DNA from: Lama guanicoe
Lineage: Eukaryota
Length of the DNA stretch: 64,000 nucleotides
NCBI GenBank assembly: GCA_013239625.1
Contig: MU054323.1
Coordinates: forward strand, 10,013,186 to 10,077,185
Direction: 5' to 3'
In this document: positions 21,870-35,349 of the stretch, piece after piece
Layout of the letters: every line of letters starts with the position of its first letter
Position numbering within the stretch: the first letter of the stretch is position 1
Program-made: the position numbers and the translations under genes
The notes under the pieces: model-generated
Seen by the model: only the letters and a program-made list of their open reading frames with translations
Database searches by the model: none
What the model was told of the DNA's origin: nothing

Positions 21870-24800
21870 TTATGACAATTTCAAATATACACAAGTTAAA
21901 ACAAGAGTATAACTCTCTATGCACACCACTTAGGTTAAACCATTGTTGATATTTTGCTTCATCTGCATTTGCGTGCATGTATTTATTTTTGCTGATCTTT
22001 TAGAAAGTAAATTGAAGATGTCATGGCACTTTACTCCTAAATACTTCAGTGTGTACCTCCTAAAAATTATCATAGTCACAATACCATGTTACACCAAAAA
22101 ATCAAACAGTAATTCTCTAATGTCATCCAATATCCAGTTCACTTTCAGTTTTTCCCAGTTGTCCCCAGATATCTTCTATAGTTGGTTTTTTTTCAAACCA
22201 GGATCCAATCAAGGTTCACTCACTGGATTTTGTTGTTAAAACATCTTTTTTGTTTACTTTTGCTTGAAGACTTTCTCTTCCCCTTCCCCTCCTTAGTTTT
22301 TTCTATGACATTGACATATTGAAGACACCAGGCTAGCTGTCTTGTAGAATGAGCCACACGCTTGATTTGATTGTTTCCCTGTTGTGTGTTTAATTCATTT
22401 CTCCCTGTGTTTTCTATAATCTGGATGTTATATCTCAGTGTTATCCAGTAGAACTTTCTGTAATGATGAAAATGTTCTCTGCAGTGTCCAATATGGTAGT
22501 CACTAGCCACATGTGGTCACTGAGCACTTAAAATGTAGCCAGTGTGGCTGAGTAACTAAATTTTACATTTTATTTAATTTTTATTCATTAATTTACATTT
22601 AAATAGCCACACATGTGGTATGGAACAGCATGGAGCTTAAGGATTGATTAGATTTAGATTTAATAGTTTTGATAAGACATCAGAGGTGATGCTGTATACT
22701 TCATATTGCAGCCCATCAGGAGGTGAGAGAGTGACACCTTGTCCCATTATTAGTGATGGTATTTTTTTAAAAACCCTTTATCGAGGTATAATTTACCATC
22801 AATAAAAACATTTTAAGGATACAGGTCAATAGGTTCAACAAATGTTTACAGCTGTATAACCAGGACACAATCCAGATATAGGAAATATTCAGCACCCAAA
22901 AGATTCCCTTGTGCATCTTCCCAGTTAATCCCGGTATGCCTCCTCCCCACAAATCTGAGGCAACCACTGATATGCTTTCTGACACTATGAAATAGAGGTA
23001 TTTCCAAGAGCTTCCTATAAATAATCAATAAATGTACTCTTTTGATTCTGAGTTTCCAATGAAGGATACTCAACACAATGTTTTTGTGATTTATTGATGT
23101 TTTTGCATGTACCTATAGTTCTTTTTATTGCCAAGTGGTATTCCATTGTATGAATGTGCCACAATGTTCTTCCTTTCTGTTGGTGATTTGGGTTGTTTCC
23201 AGTGTAGCACTGAAAGCTGAACCTTCCTGTAAGTGCTGCTTTAGCTGCACCTGACAAATTTCGATAGGCTGTGTTTTCATTTTCATTCAATACAAAACAT
23301 TTTCTAGTTTCTCTTTTCCCTTATGAGTTCTCCTTTTTAAAAATTATAGTTGACTTACAATACATGTGTACAGCATAGTGATTCAATATTTTTATAGCTT
23401 TTATAGCTTTATAGTCCATTTAAAGTTACTATAAAATTATGGCTATATTTGTGAGTTCTCCTTTGACTCATGGATTATTTAGAAGTGTGATCTTTCATTT
23501 CTAAATATTTTGGGATTTTCCAAAGATCTTTCTGTTAATTCCTAAATTAATTCTCTTGTGGTAAGAAAACTCCCTCTGTATAACTTAAGTTTTTAATATT
23601 TATTGAGGCTTGTTTAATGGCCCAGTTATATGATCTGTCTTGGTGAATGTTTCTTATGAACTTGAAAAGAATGTGTATGTGCTCTTGTGGGATGGAGTGT
23701 TCTATAAATATCAGTTAGGTCAAATTATTTGATAGTGTTGTTCAGGTTTTCTACTTGCTGTGTTTACTTATCATTTATTGAAAGAAGTCTATTGAAGTAT
23801 GAACTATAGATGTGGATCTGTCTGTTTTTCTTCAGTTCTGTCAGCTTTTACTTCATGTATATTAAGCTTTGTTATTTGTTACATACACCTTTAAGATCAT
23901 TGTATCTTCTTGATGAATTGACCTCTTTGTCATTGTGAAATGTCCTTCTTTGTACCTGGTAATATCTCTTATCCTAATGTCTACTTCATCTAATATTAAT
24001 GTAGCCACTCCAGTTTTCTTAGTTTACACAATGTATCTTTTTCCATCCTTTCACTTTTAACCTACCTGTGTTTTTAAATTTTAAAGTGTGTCTCTTGTAA
24101 GCAGCATATAATTGGGTCTGACTTTTATTAGTCTAATTATCTTCCTTTTTTTTCTTGAATATTTTGACTGTTTATATTTAGTGTAGGTATCATTATGATT
24201 GAGATTAAATGGACCAGTTTGCTGTTTGTTTTCTGTTTGTCTCATCTGTTCTTTGTTCCCCCTTCTTCCTCTTTTTGTGACATTGGGTTGAGTATTTTTA
24301 AAATTCCATTTTATCATCACTATTGGCTTATTTGCTTTACTTCTGTTTTATTTCTTTAGTGATGGCTCTAGGGTTCACCATGTATATCACAATATGCGTG
24401 GCCCTACTGAGTTCCCTCGTGAATGCCCTGAGTTATTAACAAGGATTCTCCTTTTTGGCTAGTTGCAACTTAAATGCTGTGTAATCTCTGGGAGCTGTTC
24501 AGCTCACTGTTTCTTGGTAGCTGTTTGTCTGACCTCCTGGAATTTCATCCTATGTATGAGCATCTTCGTATTCAGTAAAAAATCAAGGGCACTCCCAGGC
24601 AGGGTTTTTTTTGAAGCTGTTTTTTTTACCTACCTCTCTCTTCACCAGAACTCTTTCCTGCGACTTTCAAGTGTCTTAGCTTCTCTTCACCCCTGTCTAT
24701 GTCTTATCAACAAAGTTGGATTGGGATTTGCTGTCTCTGCTTTCTGGTCTGGAACATGCCTTCAGGAAGAAAGCTAGGACTCCTGCCAGCCTCCCTTCAT

Positions 24801-24950
24801 CTGTTTCCTTTCTCTCAGGAGTCACAGTGCTACCTATTGTCCAATGTCTGAAAATAATGGTTTCATGTATTTTTGTCTGGTTTTCTGATTGTTTATTGTG
24901 GGAGGGTGAATCTGGTTTATGTTATTGCATCACGACAGAAGGAGACGTCT
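21870..24950 (-). mobile_element. Mosaic of old L1 fragments
   Basis: T-rich antisense L1; minus-strand ORF MNENENTAYRNLSGAAKAALTGRF resembles L1 ORF2 (NENTTYQNLWDAAKAVLRGKF). Confidence 0.75.
22436..22630. mobile_element. MER3-like hAT DNA transposon nested in L1
   Basis: tagaactttctgtaatgatgaaaatgttct...tgtccaatatggtagtcactagccacatgtggtcactgagcacttaaaatgtagcc. Confidence 0.8.
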
Positions 24951-26491
24951 CATTTAACTTTTGATTATTTATCTTTTTATGTGGCCACATAGTCTTTATT
25001 ATAGTAATTTAAAAATGCATATAAATAATCAATGTTTATAGCAGAAAACCTTGAAATACCAATTGAAGTAAAAATCATCCTTAGTCCCCTCCATCCTGAA
25101 GTAAGTGAAAATGTTTGAGCATATATCTTTCCAGACTTTTCTATGTGCATATGTATCTATAAATACAAAAATAAGACTATACCATCCCCATGCAATGATG
25201 GTTTATAACATCTGCCTAGTTCCCAAGAACACAGGAGAAATGACACCTGTTTTTCACCCACATTATGATAGCTCATGAGTTCCATAGGAGAGCCTCCTGC
25301 ATTTCAGAGGCATTGGCAAGACTCTGGATTTGAGAAGTTTCATGTGTAAAAGAGAACTGTACATATATATCTTGGCCAATGGTAAATGGTAGCTCTGATT
25401 ATTAAATGAGCCTTTACAAGGCCCTCTCTCAGGGGCTTATTTTTGGATATTTTCTTTAGGCATTCCAGGAAAGTATTCTTTAGAGTTCTGGGTGTCCTGC
25501 ATATTAGTGAGGGGTAGACGGAGTTAATCAGTATTCATCTATGTCCAATTACTCACCCCTGGAGTGTATGCATGTGTGTCATGTTAGAAACCAACGTGGA
25601 CTCCCCGGAGCAGGCGTTCACTGGCGTCTGCTTGGGCAGCAGGCCTAAGCTTGCTATCAGTCACTGTCAGTTGCTGGCTCCCTCTTGTGTCACTGTGTGA
25701 TGGTGACTCAGGGAGAGCTTGCTCTTTATATTCAACTGGCAACTGACAGCCACCACAAATTGATTTACATCCATGGTAACTGTCACCTGGGGGAACACTG
25801 AGAAAAAAGAAAAGAAACAAGAGTCTTTTCTTTCCATCCACATCAAACAGAGCCAGTGCCCAGAGAATGTGGATGGGGGTGGGGGTGGTCCTTGTTCTGG
25901 CTGGCCCCGCTTGGCTCTCCAGAGAGGATGCATGTCTCCTCCTGTCTTCTCCCTCCCAGAGAGCCCTGGCTGACGGTGATGCCTTGAGGCTGCAGGGGCC
26001 CAACAGGCCTGGAGGCTGCAGAACTGGGACTGGGCCTCTGAAAACTCCCCTGAAGTCTGGCTCCTCAGGTGCTGCGTGGGAGGCTTAGGGAGTCAGTCAT
26101 ATTCCAAAGGAGGCGAAATGGCTCAAAAAGCTAGCATTTGTGGTCGTTGATGGTTTTTCCAGAGAAGATTGGTGGTGGAGGGGTGGAGATCCTTGACAGA
26201 CTTCCTGGTGCTGGGAAGATGCATTCCCTCTCTCTCCTCACCCTGAGGCTGCTCTTGCATCTTGTCTGAGGAATGTTCCCATGGGAAGGAGTCTTCTTCC
26301 TCATCTGCTTCCGATGAGTTTTCTGGAGGGAAGTAGTGATATTCTAGTACCAGCTGGAGAGGGAGAGCCGCACCCTGGCTGGTCTGGACACCTTTCCTGA
26401 GACATGATTTGTCTTGATGGTCCCAAGATGTAAAATATGATTTGAATCAAATTATAAATTGGTTATTCGGTTGAGCTTAAGTTCTGGCCTA

Positions 26492-26505
26492 GTTGCCTTG
26501 GAAAC
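26492..26505. promoter_or_regulatory. RFX X-box motif
   Basis: GTTGCCTTGGAAAC vs consensus GTTGCCATGGCAAC; motif match only. Confidence 0.45.
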
Positions 26506-28399
26506 TTTGAGACAGAGCCTTGTTTTATAACGTGTTCCTTATAGCTCTGGTCCTGAGAAATATTTCATGAACAAATAGGTCTATGGTCATATATATTTGG
26601 ATGTTGCTTCATATGCTACCCCTTTACTGGAGCCTTACAACACATAGAACCTATGAAAAGGCCCTCAGAAGAGGTATAATTAAAAAACTATTTCAGCATT
26701 ATTTAAATTCATGTTTCCCAAACTTTTTAACCAGAACTTTTTTTTTCTTTTTTTTTTAGCATTCACATTTCCATAAAACAACTGGGGAATGGCTGGAATG
26801 GAGATTCCCACTGGCCCTGAGGCAGGTCTGGCTAGCAGCACGATTTCAGAATACAGCTGGAATGAAACGCAGAACCCACCTGAAACCCAGAAGACTGTAT
26901 GTCCTGTCTGCCCCACAGCCCAGAATCGCCGAGCTGTAAGTGTTCTTAGTGGGCTTGGTGTTGGAGGTTGGAAAGAACGAAAAGTACTCACCAAACTGAG
27001 AAATTATTTTGAGACAGAACCACAAAGCAGGCAGCTCCATGTTATCAATAGATCAGTTTATTATAGTGTAATTAGTCACAGGATAGGATGGGACAGACAA
27101 CTATCTGGAAGCATTGTCCACTGCAGTCTGCCCCGCCAAGGGGCCGCTGGGACAATTTTATAGTTAACCTAGGGTGGTGAGGAGGTGCTTGGAAACAGAA
27201 CTGCATTCCTAAGTCAAGATTTATGAATTGGTAACTTGTCTCGTGGGGGTAGGGGATACATTAGCAAGGATATTCATCATTGTTTGGGGACTAACAGAGC
27301 ATAAAAAAAAAAAAGGCCACCTGGTCCTAATGGTTATTAAACAAAGTCCTTGACGACACAGAAGTGATTTACTGCAGCGTGTAGTCCTGGATAGCGTCAG
27401 TGGAAGGAAGGGGGGAACTGTAAGGGCTCCGACATGACCATGTCAGCTATGCTAACAGCTGTGCAGGTTAGGGAGTCGGAGGCTGGCTGGGAGAGCCTGC
27501 AGGGTGCTGTCTACCTTCTCCTCGCACATGCCGGAGGATGGAGTGTTCAGTGCCCCTGGGGGAGCCACTTGTGAGAGTGTGAAGAAGCTCACCCTCCTGC
27601 ATATCCATAAAGTAGCATCCTGGCCTCTGGAGCTGTGGCGCCAAGCCCAGTCCACTATGGCTTGTGACCCTTCAGTGGCTCAGCGGAGACCTCCTTTTCC
27701 TCTGTGTCTTCTCTGTCGCTTACATAGTGGTCTAGAGCTCCTCACCGTCATGTTCTCATTCCTGCGGCTGGGCTGTGGATGGCTGACATCCTTCCCACAG
27801 GAGAAGCAGATATGAACACAGACTGAGCATTTCCCTCAGCACGGTGCCTGCCCCCAGTCTCTGGCGCAGAAGAGTCAAGTCTGTTCTCACCTGCTTGCTT
27901 TTCTGCTTGGGCTGGGGCAAGTTTCTTTGATTAGCCTATTTGTGCTACACAGGTCCACACCAAGGATGTGATTTGTGTTCTTGTGAGTCAAATGATGTAT
28001 CGCCCTAGTGAGGGATATTTGTCGAGGCTTGTGTTTTAGTCATTATACTCTCCTTAGCACAAGGGTCTTTGGATGGGAAGTCTCAGAAAGTCAGTGGCCT
28101 TATCAGTTAGGAAAACGTCAGCTTCAAGTGATAGAAAACCCTCCTCAGAACGTCTTAAACAACAAAGAACCTTTACAAGCACGCTAGCTGGCATTCGTCA
28201 ATAGCTCAAAATGCCTCAGATATGCTCCTTCACATTGTCCCTTGATGGTGTCCAATCGCAAGCCTTTGGGACACTCTGTTTCACCCTACGTGCCTCCCCT
28301 GTCCCAGGGAGGAAAAGAACAGCTTTTTACATGTACCCACGTTTTTACTCTTTCTTTGTTCTTTCCTTGTTCCTGATGTCTCAAGTTTCCCTCTTTTAT

Positions 28400-29075
28400 A
28401 ATTTCCTTAATAATTTCCTTTCTATGTGAAGAAATTCTCTTAGCCATTCCTTTAGGGTTGGTCTGATGATGGCAAATTCTGTTAGTTGCTTTCATCTGTC
28501 TGTGGGCATCTTGATTTCATCTTCATTCCTGAGGGATAGTCTTTGCTGGATATAGAATTCTGGGTTGACAGTTTTTCTCTTTCAAGATTTTTTTTTGTCT
28601 TTAGTTTTCTGAACTTTGTTTATGACATGTTTTGAAGTGGATTTCTTTAGGTTTATTTCATTTGGGATTGGCTCATCTTCTTGAATCTGTAAATTAATAT
28701 CTTTCACTGAACTTGGGATGTTTTCAGCTGTTATTTCTTTGAATCCTTTTTTAGCCCCACACTCTTTCTCCTCTTCACCCAGTAATACAAATGTTAGATC
28801 TCTGGTTATAACATTTAGGTCCCCGAAGCTCTGCTCACTTCTTTTCAGTCTATTTTCTCTCTGTTATTCATATTGGGTAATTTCTATTGTTCTGTCTTCA
28901 AGCTTACTGATTCTTTCCTCTGCCGTAGTCATAGTCACCTTGAGTTGTTTATTTCAGTTATGTTTTTCAGTTCTAAATTTCCAGCTGGCTCTTCTGTATA
29001 TCTTTTATTTCTTTGCTGAGACTTTCTAATTTTTATGTGTTCAAGCATGTTCATAATCGTTCATCAAAGCATTTT
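28400..29075 (-). mobile_element. Old L1 fragment
   Basis: tttgctggatatagaattctgggttgacag and cttcttgaatctgtaaatt typical antisense L1M. Confidence 0.65.
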
Positions 29076-30375
29076 ATGATAGCACTGTCTCACACTCCTG
29101 TGCCTCGCCTCATTGCCAATGGGTGGGGGGTGGAAGTTCCATTCCCCACTGGACCCTGGTAAGTGGAGGCTTGAAAAGAAAAATGTATGTACAGAAATGT
29201 GCACATATCATCAATATGTGATCATAAGTTTGATGAACCTTCACAAATGGGAAATATGAGAGCATTTTAAGAATTTTCTTATTTCTTTGCATGTTCTTAT
29301 AATAATGTATCCAGTACTTTTTCCTTATTGGCTCCCAAATTATTCACTCGCCTGTTGACTCCCTCCCTCTGCCCTTCATCTCTGTTTATTCACATTCATT
29401 CTTTTATTCATTCATTCACATATTAGTTTCCCTCTCTTCTTCCCTCCCTCCTCCCTCCCTCCTCCCTTCCCTCCTCTCTTTCCTCCTCTCACCTATCCAT
29501 CAATTCGTTGCTGAAGGATCAGGTATTCTGTGGCCATGGGGCAGTGAGCTCTTCTTCCCTAACACTCCCTTTAGTAGGGGAAAGGAAGGAAGGGCACCCT
29601 ATGTAGGGTAAGGGGTTGCCTTCTCTTGGGAGAAGTCCCTGAGGGGCAGCTAGGCCAGAAGCAGCATAATCAGAAGGCCTTGGCCCATGTCCTGTCTCTA
29701 CCACTGATCTCTGCTGTGACTCTCTAGGAATCAGTCTCCTTCATCTATAATTTCCTATTTGGTTTGGTCCCCTCTCTGACCCTGTGGCATATATTATTTT
29801 GCATATATTAATTTGGAGTTTCCCAGGGACTTCCCAGGGAACAAGCCAGCCCAGAGAGGGATGCCAATTGGGTGGGGTCTGTGCCCTTAGTAGCGTCTGA
29901 TCACCCCCACCCAGGCTGGGCCATGAGAGGTGGGCTGGGGTAAGAGGGAACGTGAGAGAAATTTTGGGAGGATGAGTCAGCCCAAGTGTCAGCCTAGAAA
30001 CAGTGCTAGCTTGCCTCTACTGTTCTGTTTCTCTGTGGGGTTGTATAGCATTCAGAAGGGAGGAGGCCTCCAGCCCTTCTCCTCAGCCTGGGGTGGGACC
30101 TAGAATATAGGGTGTCAGAGCGAGAGACCTGGAGGTCATGCAGTGTCTGATTGCCTTGTTTCACAAATGACAGTTTGGAAGCCTGAGGAAGACAGGGACT
30201 TACTGGAGGTCACACAGGAAAGTTGATGACAGAGTCAAGGCTGGGGCCAACTCCCTGGTCTCCTTGTCTGGAACCCTTGGCTAATCACTGTTGGTCTGTC
30301 CTCACTTTATCCTGCCCAGGACAGAGGACAGAGTTGGGAACCTAAGCAGAGACAAGGGTCTTCCCTTGTCTCTAC

Positions 30376-31027
30376 AGAGCCCAGCTATGTGTTTAGACAC
30401 CTATTTGTAAATTTTAACCAGGATGTCCAGATACTACAATGAGAGATGTGTTCAGGACACCTACTGAATGTTGCAGGGAAAGGGGGCTCTGTGCCACTCA
30501 CCATCCCCTGTCCTCCACACTGTCACTCCTGCCTTGTGTACTGAGTGTCTGCTGCACACTCTGGCTGGTGCTGGTTCTAGGGATCTAAAGACCTGCACCC
30601 TGCCCTTACAGAGCTCACAGCCATTTGTGTGTGTGTGTGTGTGTGTGCGTGTGTGTACGTACTGCTGGCTGGGGGCTGGGCTGGGGTGGACAGTTACAGC
30701 TCAGTGTGCAGAGTGGAGCTATGATGGGGATGTGCAGGGACCAGAGAAGCAGAGGAGGCCCTGGAGAGCAGGGAGGGTTCCCCAAAGGGGAGTGGGCCCT
30801 GGCCCAGGGGTGATATGTGCACATAAAGTGGTGAGAAGGGGTGTGGGAAAGGCTTTTCAGGTGGCGGGAATAGCATGAGCTAAGGCCAGGAGTGAGGAAG
30901 AGTGCGGGCAGTGCAGCCCTCAGCGAAGTCCCTATTAAGAGCCCAGCTATGTATTTAGAAGCCTATTTGTGTATCTTTACCAGGACATCCAGATGCTTTG
31001 CAATGGGAAGTGTGTCCAGGACATCTA
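30376..31027 (+). repeat. Diverged ~88-nt direct repeat pair (30376-30463 and 30938-31027)
   Basis: agagcccagctatgt..tttaga..cctatttgt...ccagga..tccagat...caatg...tgtg..caggaca.cta in both copies. Confidence 0.85.
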
Positions 31028-31925
31028 GTCCTTCACATTGCTGGAAATAGAAGCAGTTTAATTCATTTTACAAATCAATGAGGGCCAAGAGAACCCTTGG
31101 TGACATTTTTATTGAGGGAATAGGGTCAACACATAATCATCTTCCACTGTCCGAACTCACTAGCATGGAAAATTACAGAATAATGGTTTTTGAGACCTCC
31201 TTGAGCTGCTTTCTGGGTGGACAGACAAGGGCTGTCCTCTGTGGATGGGGTAGGGACGACTTATCTGGTGTTTCAAGAGCCCTCCTGGCTTATGATTCTG
31301 CACGGTTGATTTGTCCGTTTAATTCATGCATCTCAAGTATTTATTCAGTGCCTTCTGGGCTGGCTGGGCCTTGTGCCCCGTGCTGGGTGTGTGTAAGTAA
31401 ACACTCATGGTCCTTGCCTTTAAGGAGCTCACAGAATGTGGAGGGACACAGACACAAAGTCATCAAGCAAGCTCACCAGAGAGTCAGTGTGATGTGAGGA
31501 AACATGGGGACTGGCCAGAGACAGATACATGCTCATATTGGGTGATTGGAGGACAGTTTCATAAGGATTTATACAGGTGTAGGCAGGATGTGGAGAAGCC
31601 ACAGGGGTAGTTCAGTGGCTGGCTGGTCATGCTGGGCCCCTCCATCACTGTAGGCTTGAAAGGAGTAAAGATCTCAGAAATGAAGAGGGCTGCCACCAGC
31701 CCAGAAGGACTGCGTGGAGGATGTAGGGAGAATAAAACCCTGGCCTTTTCTGTCGCCTTCACTGGCCAAACCCAAGGAAGCCAGAAGGCAAGAGGGCCTG
31801 TTGATGTAGCCCAGAGGATGGGTCTCCATCTGCTGATCAGCACGGAGCAGGTGGAGGGAGCAGAGACATCCCGCACTCAGACTCTAGCAGGAGCACAGGG
31901 GACATAGGAGAGGATGTTTGAGCTC

Positions 31926-32145
31926 TGTGTTGGTTTCCAGGCATGCGGTAATGAAAGACCACACACTGGGCAGCTCAGAATGACAGAAATGTATTGTCTC
32001 ACAGGGGCAGGTGTCCAAAACCAAGCTGTTACCAGGGCCATGCTCCCTCTGACGGTGCTAGGGAAGGGCATTCCAGGCCTGTCCCTTAATTCTGGTAGTT
32101 GCTTGGCTGTGGCAACATAACTCCAATCTCCACATAGTGTTCTCC

Positions 32146-32185
<40 letters not shown>

Positions 32186-32330
32186 AAATTTCCCCTTTTT
32201 GTAAGGGTATCAGGTAAGACTTCCTCTTAACTTAGCTAATTACTCTATCGCCAAGTGAGGTTTCATTCTGAGTTATTGGGATAGGACTTCAACATATGAA
32301 TTTTTAGGAGATTCAGTCCCACCCATCACA
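31926..32330 (-). mobile_element. MaLR solo LTR (MLT1B/C-like) containing a (TG)n microsatellite
   Basis: cagaaatgtattgtctcaca...; ggacttcaacatatgaattt...ccatcaca terminus. Confidence 0.8.
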
Positions 32331-34889
32331 GGCTGTGTCTTGAAAGATGAGTAGGGATTTACCAGGCACACAAGCATGTGTGTGTGCAAGGGATGAGGTG
32401 GGGGGTGCTTTCCAGGTGGGGCTATTAGACACCCAGTGTCCAAGAGCCACACGTTTGGGGGCCGTGAGTGCACACGCTTTAAGGCAGCTCAGAGGCCTGT
32501 GATCTGGTCCCTTCTCCCTCATCCCCTTCACCAGTCTCCCTCCTTCCACTGCATGCCGCGCAGGCTCCCACTTCCTGGAATTCCTCCAGAGTCTCTTCCC
32601 TTGCCAGCAGGCCTCTCTACAGGGTATGCCTGCCTTTGTGGAGATGAAAGCTTAAACAATTTGGGGGCTTCTTTAAGAGAGAAGATAGAATTAGATACAA
32701 AAGTGGGTGTTTAGACTGATAAAAGAAATCACAACAAATTCCCGGTGCCAAGAGGTTCACGTCCCTTTCCTCTGTGATCTCTGCAGGCGAGTTACCAAGA
32801 AGCTTCCAGATGGCAGTTCCATTTCCCCTCAGCCCCCAGCTCCCTGTGCTAGCAGGGGCCCAGGCCTGGAGCTCAGTACCTTCAGGAGCCCTGCTCTCTC
32901 CTGGATGGCTCTTTACCCTTCAGGCTTCAGGCTGGCTCCACATCTCAGGGTCTCCAGCTCACTGTCATCATCACATCGTCATGGAATGGTGAGCATGTGA
33001 CCCCGCAGAGTGCCTGCTCATGCCCAGTGGGGCGCTGAGTGCTTTCCAAGGTCACTCACATCTGTGAAGGGGAGAGCTGCCCTCCTCCCTCCTTGGCTCA
33101 TGGGGATACGGGGTCTCCGAGAGCCTGTTTCTCGCCCGCGGTCACGTGGTAGCTGGGCTTGGATCTGGTCTGGTCTCCGAGCTCTGGTTTCCAAAGTGTG
33201 CCTCCCTCATTCCAAGTAGTGTAGTGCTGCACAGGAGGTCACCTGTCGGGTCTCTTCTGTCACCCCACTCCTGAGGGCACACTGATCTCTGCTCTCTTTC
33301 CAGCACCGGGCAGAGTGTGGTACAGGCCGCCTTCAAGACGTGTTTTCTGCAGGTTAGTCTAGCAGGGGCAGGGTGGCGACCAGGGGGAGCAGGAGGAGAT
33401 ACAGTCATGGTGTTGAGTGTGGCCTTTATTGCAAGGACACTGCTAGCCATGAGGGGTGTCCAGCTGGGGATCAACTCTTGAATCTGTGTTTTAGAAGCTC
33501 TGGCTCTCACTGTGATGTGAGGATGGGTTTGGGGGGAACTTGTGCGAAACATATGCTACACGCCCCCCACCCTGGTGGAGCTAAGGGACACTGAGGCTGG
33601 CCTCTTCCTGTCCCCACCCTGTCTGGCGTTCCCAGGATGACTTGCTCTCATTTATAAGCTGCAGGACTTGGGCAAGGGCTGACTGTGCCAGGCCTCAGTT
33701 TCCCCATCTATAAACTCAGGTTTCTTCATATCTTCTGAGTTTCTTTACACCTTCCAACCTCACAGGGATGGGGGAGCCAACACAAAGCCCAAGAAGGTCT
33801 CCCCCTGCTCCTTGCTGCCACAGCCCTGGTTTGGAGAAAGTGCCTCCTTCCTGGGGCTTCTGCTGGAGGGAGTTCAGAAGTTCAGTTCAGCTTACCAGCT
33901 TGCCTCCTGATGGGCTGTGGAGAGTCAGCCTCCCCGGCGGGCCCAGCGGGACTGAGGGTTCTGGCTCAGGGCCAGTGCCTGTTGGAGGAAATCTTGTTCT
34001 CAGTGCTCATTGCCTGGTCCTCCTTGGTCCCCGCCCTGGAGCTTGGTTAATGCTAGCTGGTCCCTTCAGGGCCTCAGGAGAGGCCCCCCCCTGGCCTGCC
34101 CTCAGTGGTCTTAGAGGAGAGGAGAGAACCCCAGGAAAGTGATGGGAGGGTCAGCCGTGGGTTCAGTCAGCAAGCCCTGGGCCAGGCCTCCCGGATGTGT
34201 GAACAGCCTGCAGTCAGCTCTCCCTGCTCAGTGTTTCACACACCTTCCGATTCCTCTGTAAAGAATGTGGGGGAATCTGCCTGGAAAGATTTGTAGTGTC
34301 TTTGGGCAAGTGGCTCCTTTGCACGGCTGCATAAAATTAATGAGGCCTGGCTCTCCATTTACCCCTTGGATGGTGAGGGTGGGAAGGGAGTAAGGTTGGG
34401 GTTGGGAGCAGTTGTTATTTGAGGTGGGAGACTCCAGCCTGGGGTTTCTGTCCAAGGGCCTGGGCTCAGGGAGGAAGCACACATGGGCTGCTGGGGTTCA
34501 CGTCGTCCAAAGTTGGTGCAGTGAAATCTGGTTTGGGAGGAGGCCATAGGCTTCCTGCTATGCAAATATTTCTGGGGAGGGGCTCAAACAGTGATGGAGG
34601 GCCCGTGATGGGCTAGACAAAATCACAAGGTGATACACGCACCTAACTAATTCTTATAGCAACCCTGGCAAATCAGTACAATTATTATCCCCATTTGATA
34701 GATGAGGAAACTGAGGCTGGGAATGGTTAAGTGCTGGCCAGAGGTCACACAGCTGGAAGAAGCAGGATTCAGATTCAGCTCTGCTGGCTGCCAAGGACTG
34801 GATGCTTAGACCACCTGCCCTTCAGCTAATAGGAGCAGTTTTAAGCCAAATCAGAATTGGGCCCAGAGGCTAAGGGCAGCAAAACCCAG

Positions 34890-35349
34890 GGTTAGTTGCC
34901 AATGGCATCCTGCCCCAAGCCTGCTGTTCACGCCTTCGCTTGGGTCACCGTGCTCTCTCTCCTGTAGTCCCACAAGACAGGCCGGCCACCTGGGAGTGCC
35001 CAGTCCCCAGGGAGCCCTGGAGGAAATGAGGCCGTGGGGAAACGTCTCCTGGCTCCCTCTCTCCCCAACGCAGGGAGCAGTGGTTGCTATGCAGCCTTGT
35101 TTGTTCAAGGATAGCCCAGCGGAGAGAGGAGCGTGCCAGCAGCAGGGCCGGCGGCCGCCCCCTGCACCTGCCCAGACAGGAGGCCCGCAGCCCAGGGCTG
35201 CGAGGCTGGGCCGAAGCCAGGGCAGGCCAGGCGTGGGGCTGCCTTGTCTTTGCCTCCCCGGACCCACGGGCAGCATCGTCGGTGGAGAGATCATGGGACC
35301 TGGATTCCTCTGGTGACAGAGGTTTGGCCTCTGGACAGAGAAAAGAGAG
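34890..35349 (+). promoter_or_regulatory. Candidate TOGARAM2 promoter and non-coding first exon
   Basis: X-box-like GTTGCCAATGGCATC (34895) and GTTGCTATGCAGC (35083), forkhead-like TTGTTTGTT (35097), local CpG enrichment, donor GAG|GTAATG at 35349/50. Confidence 0.5.
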
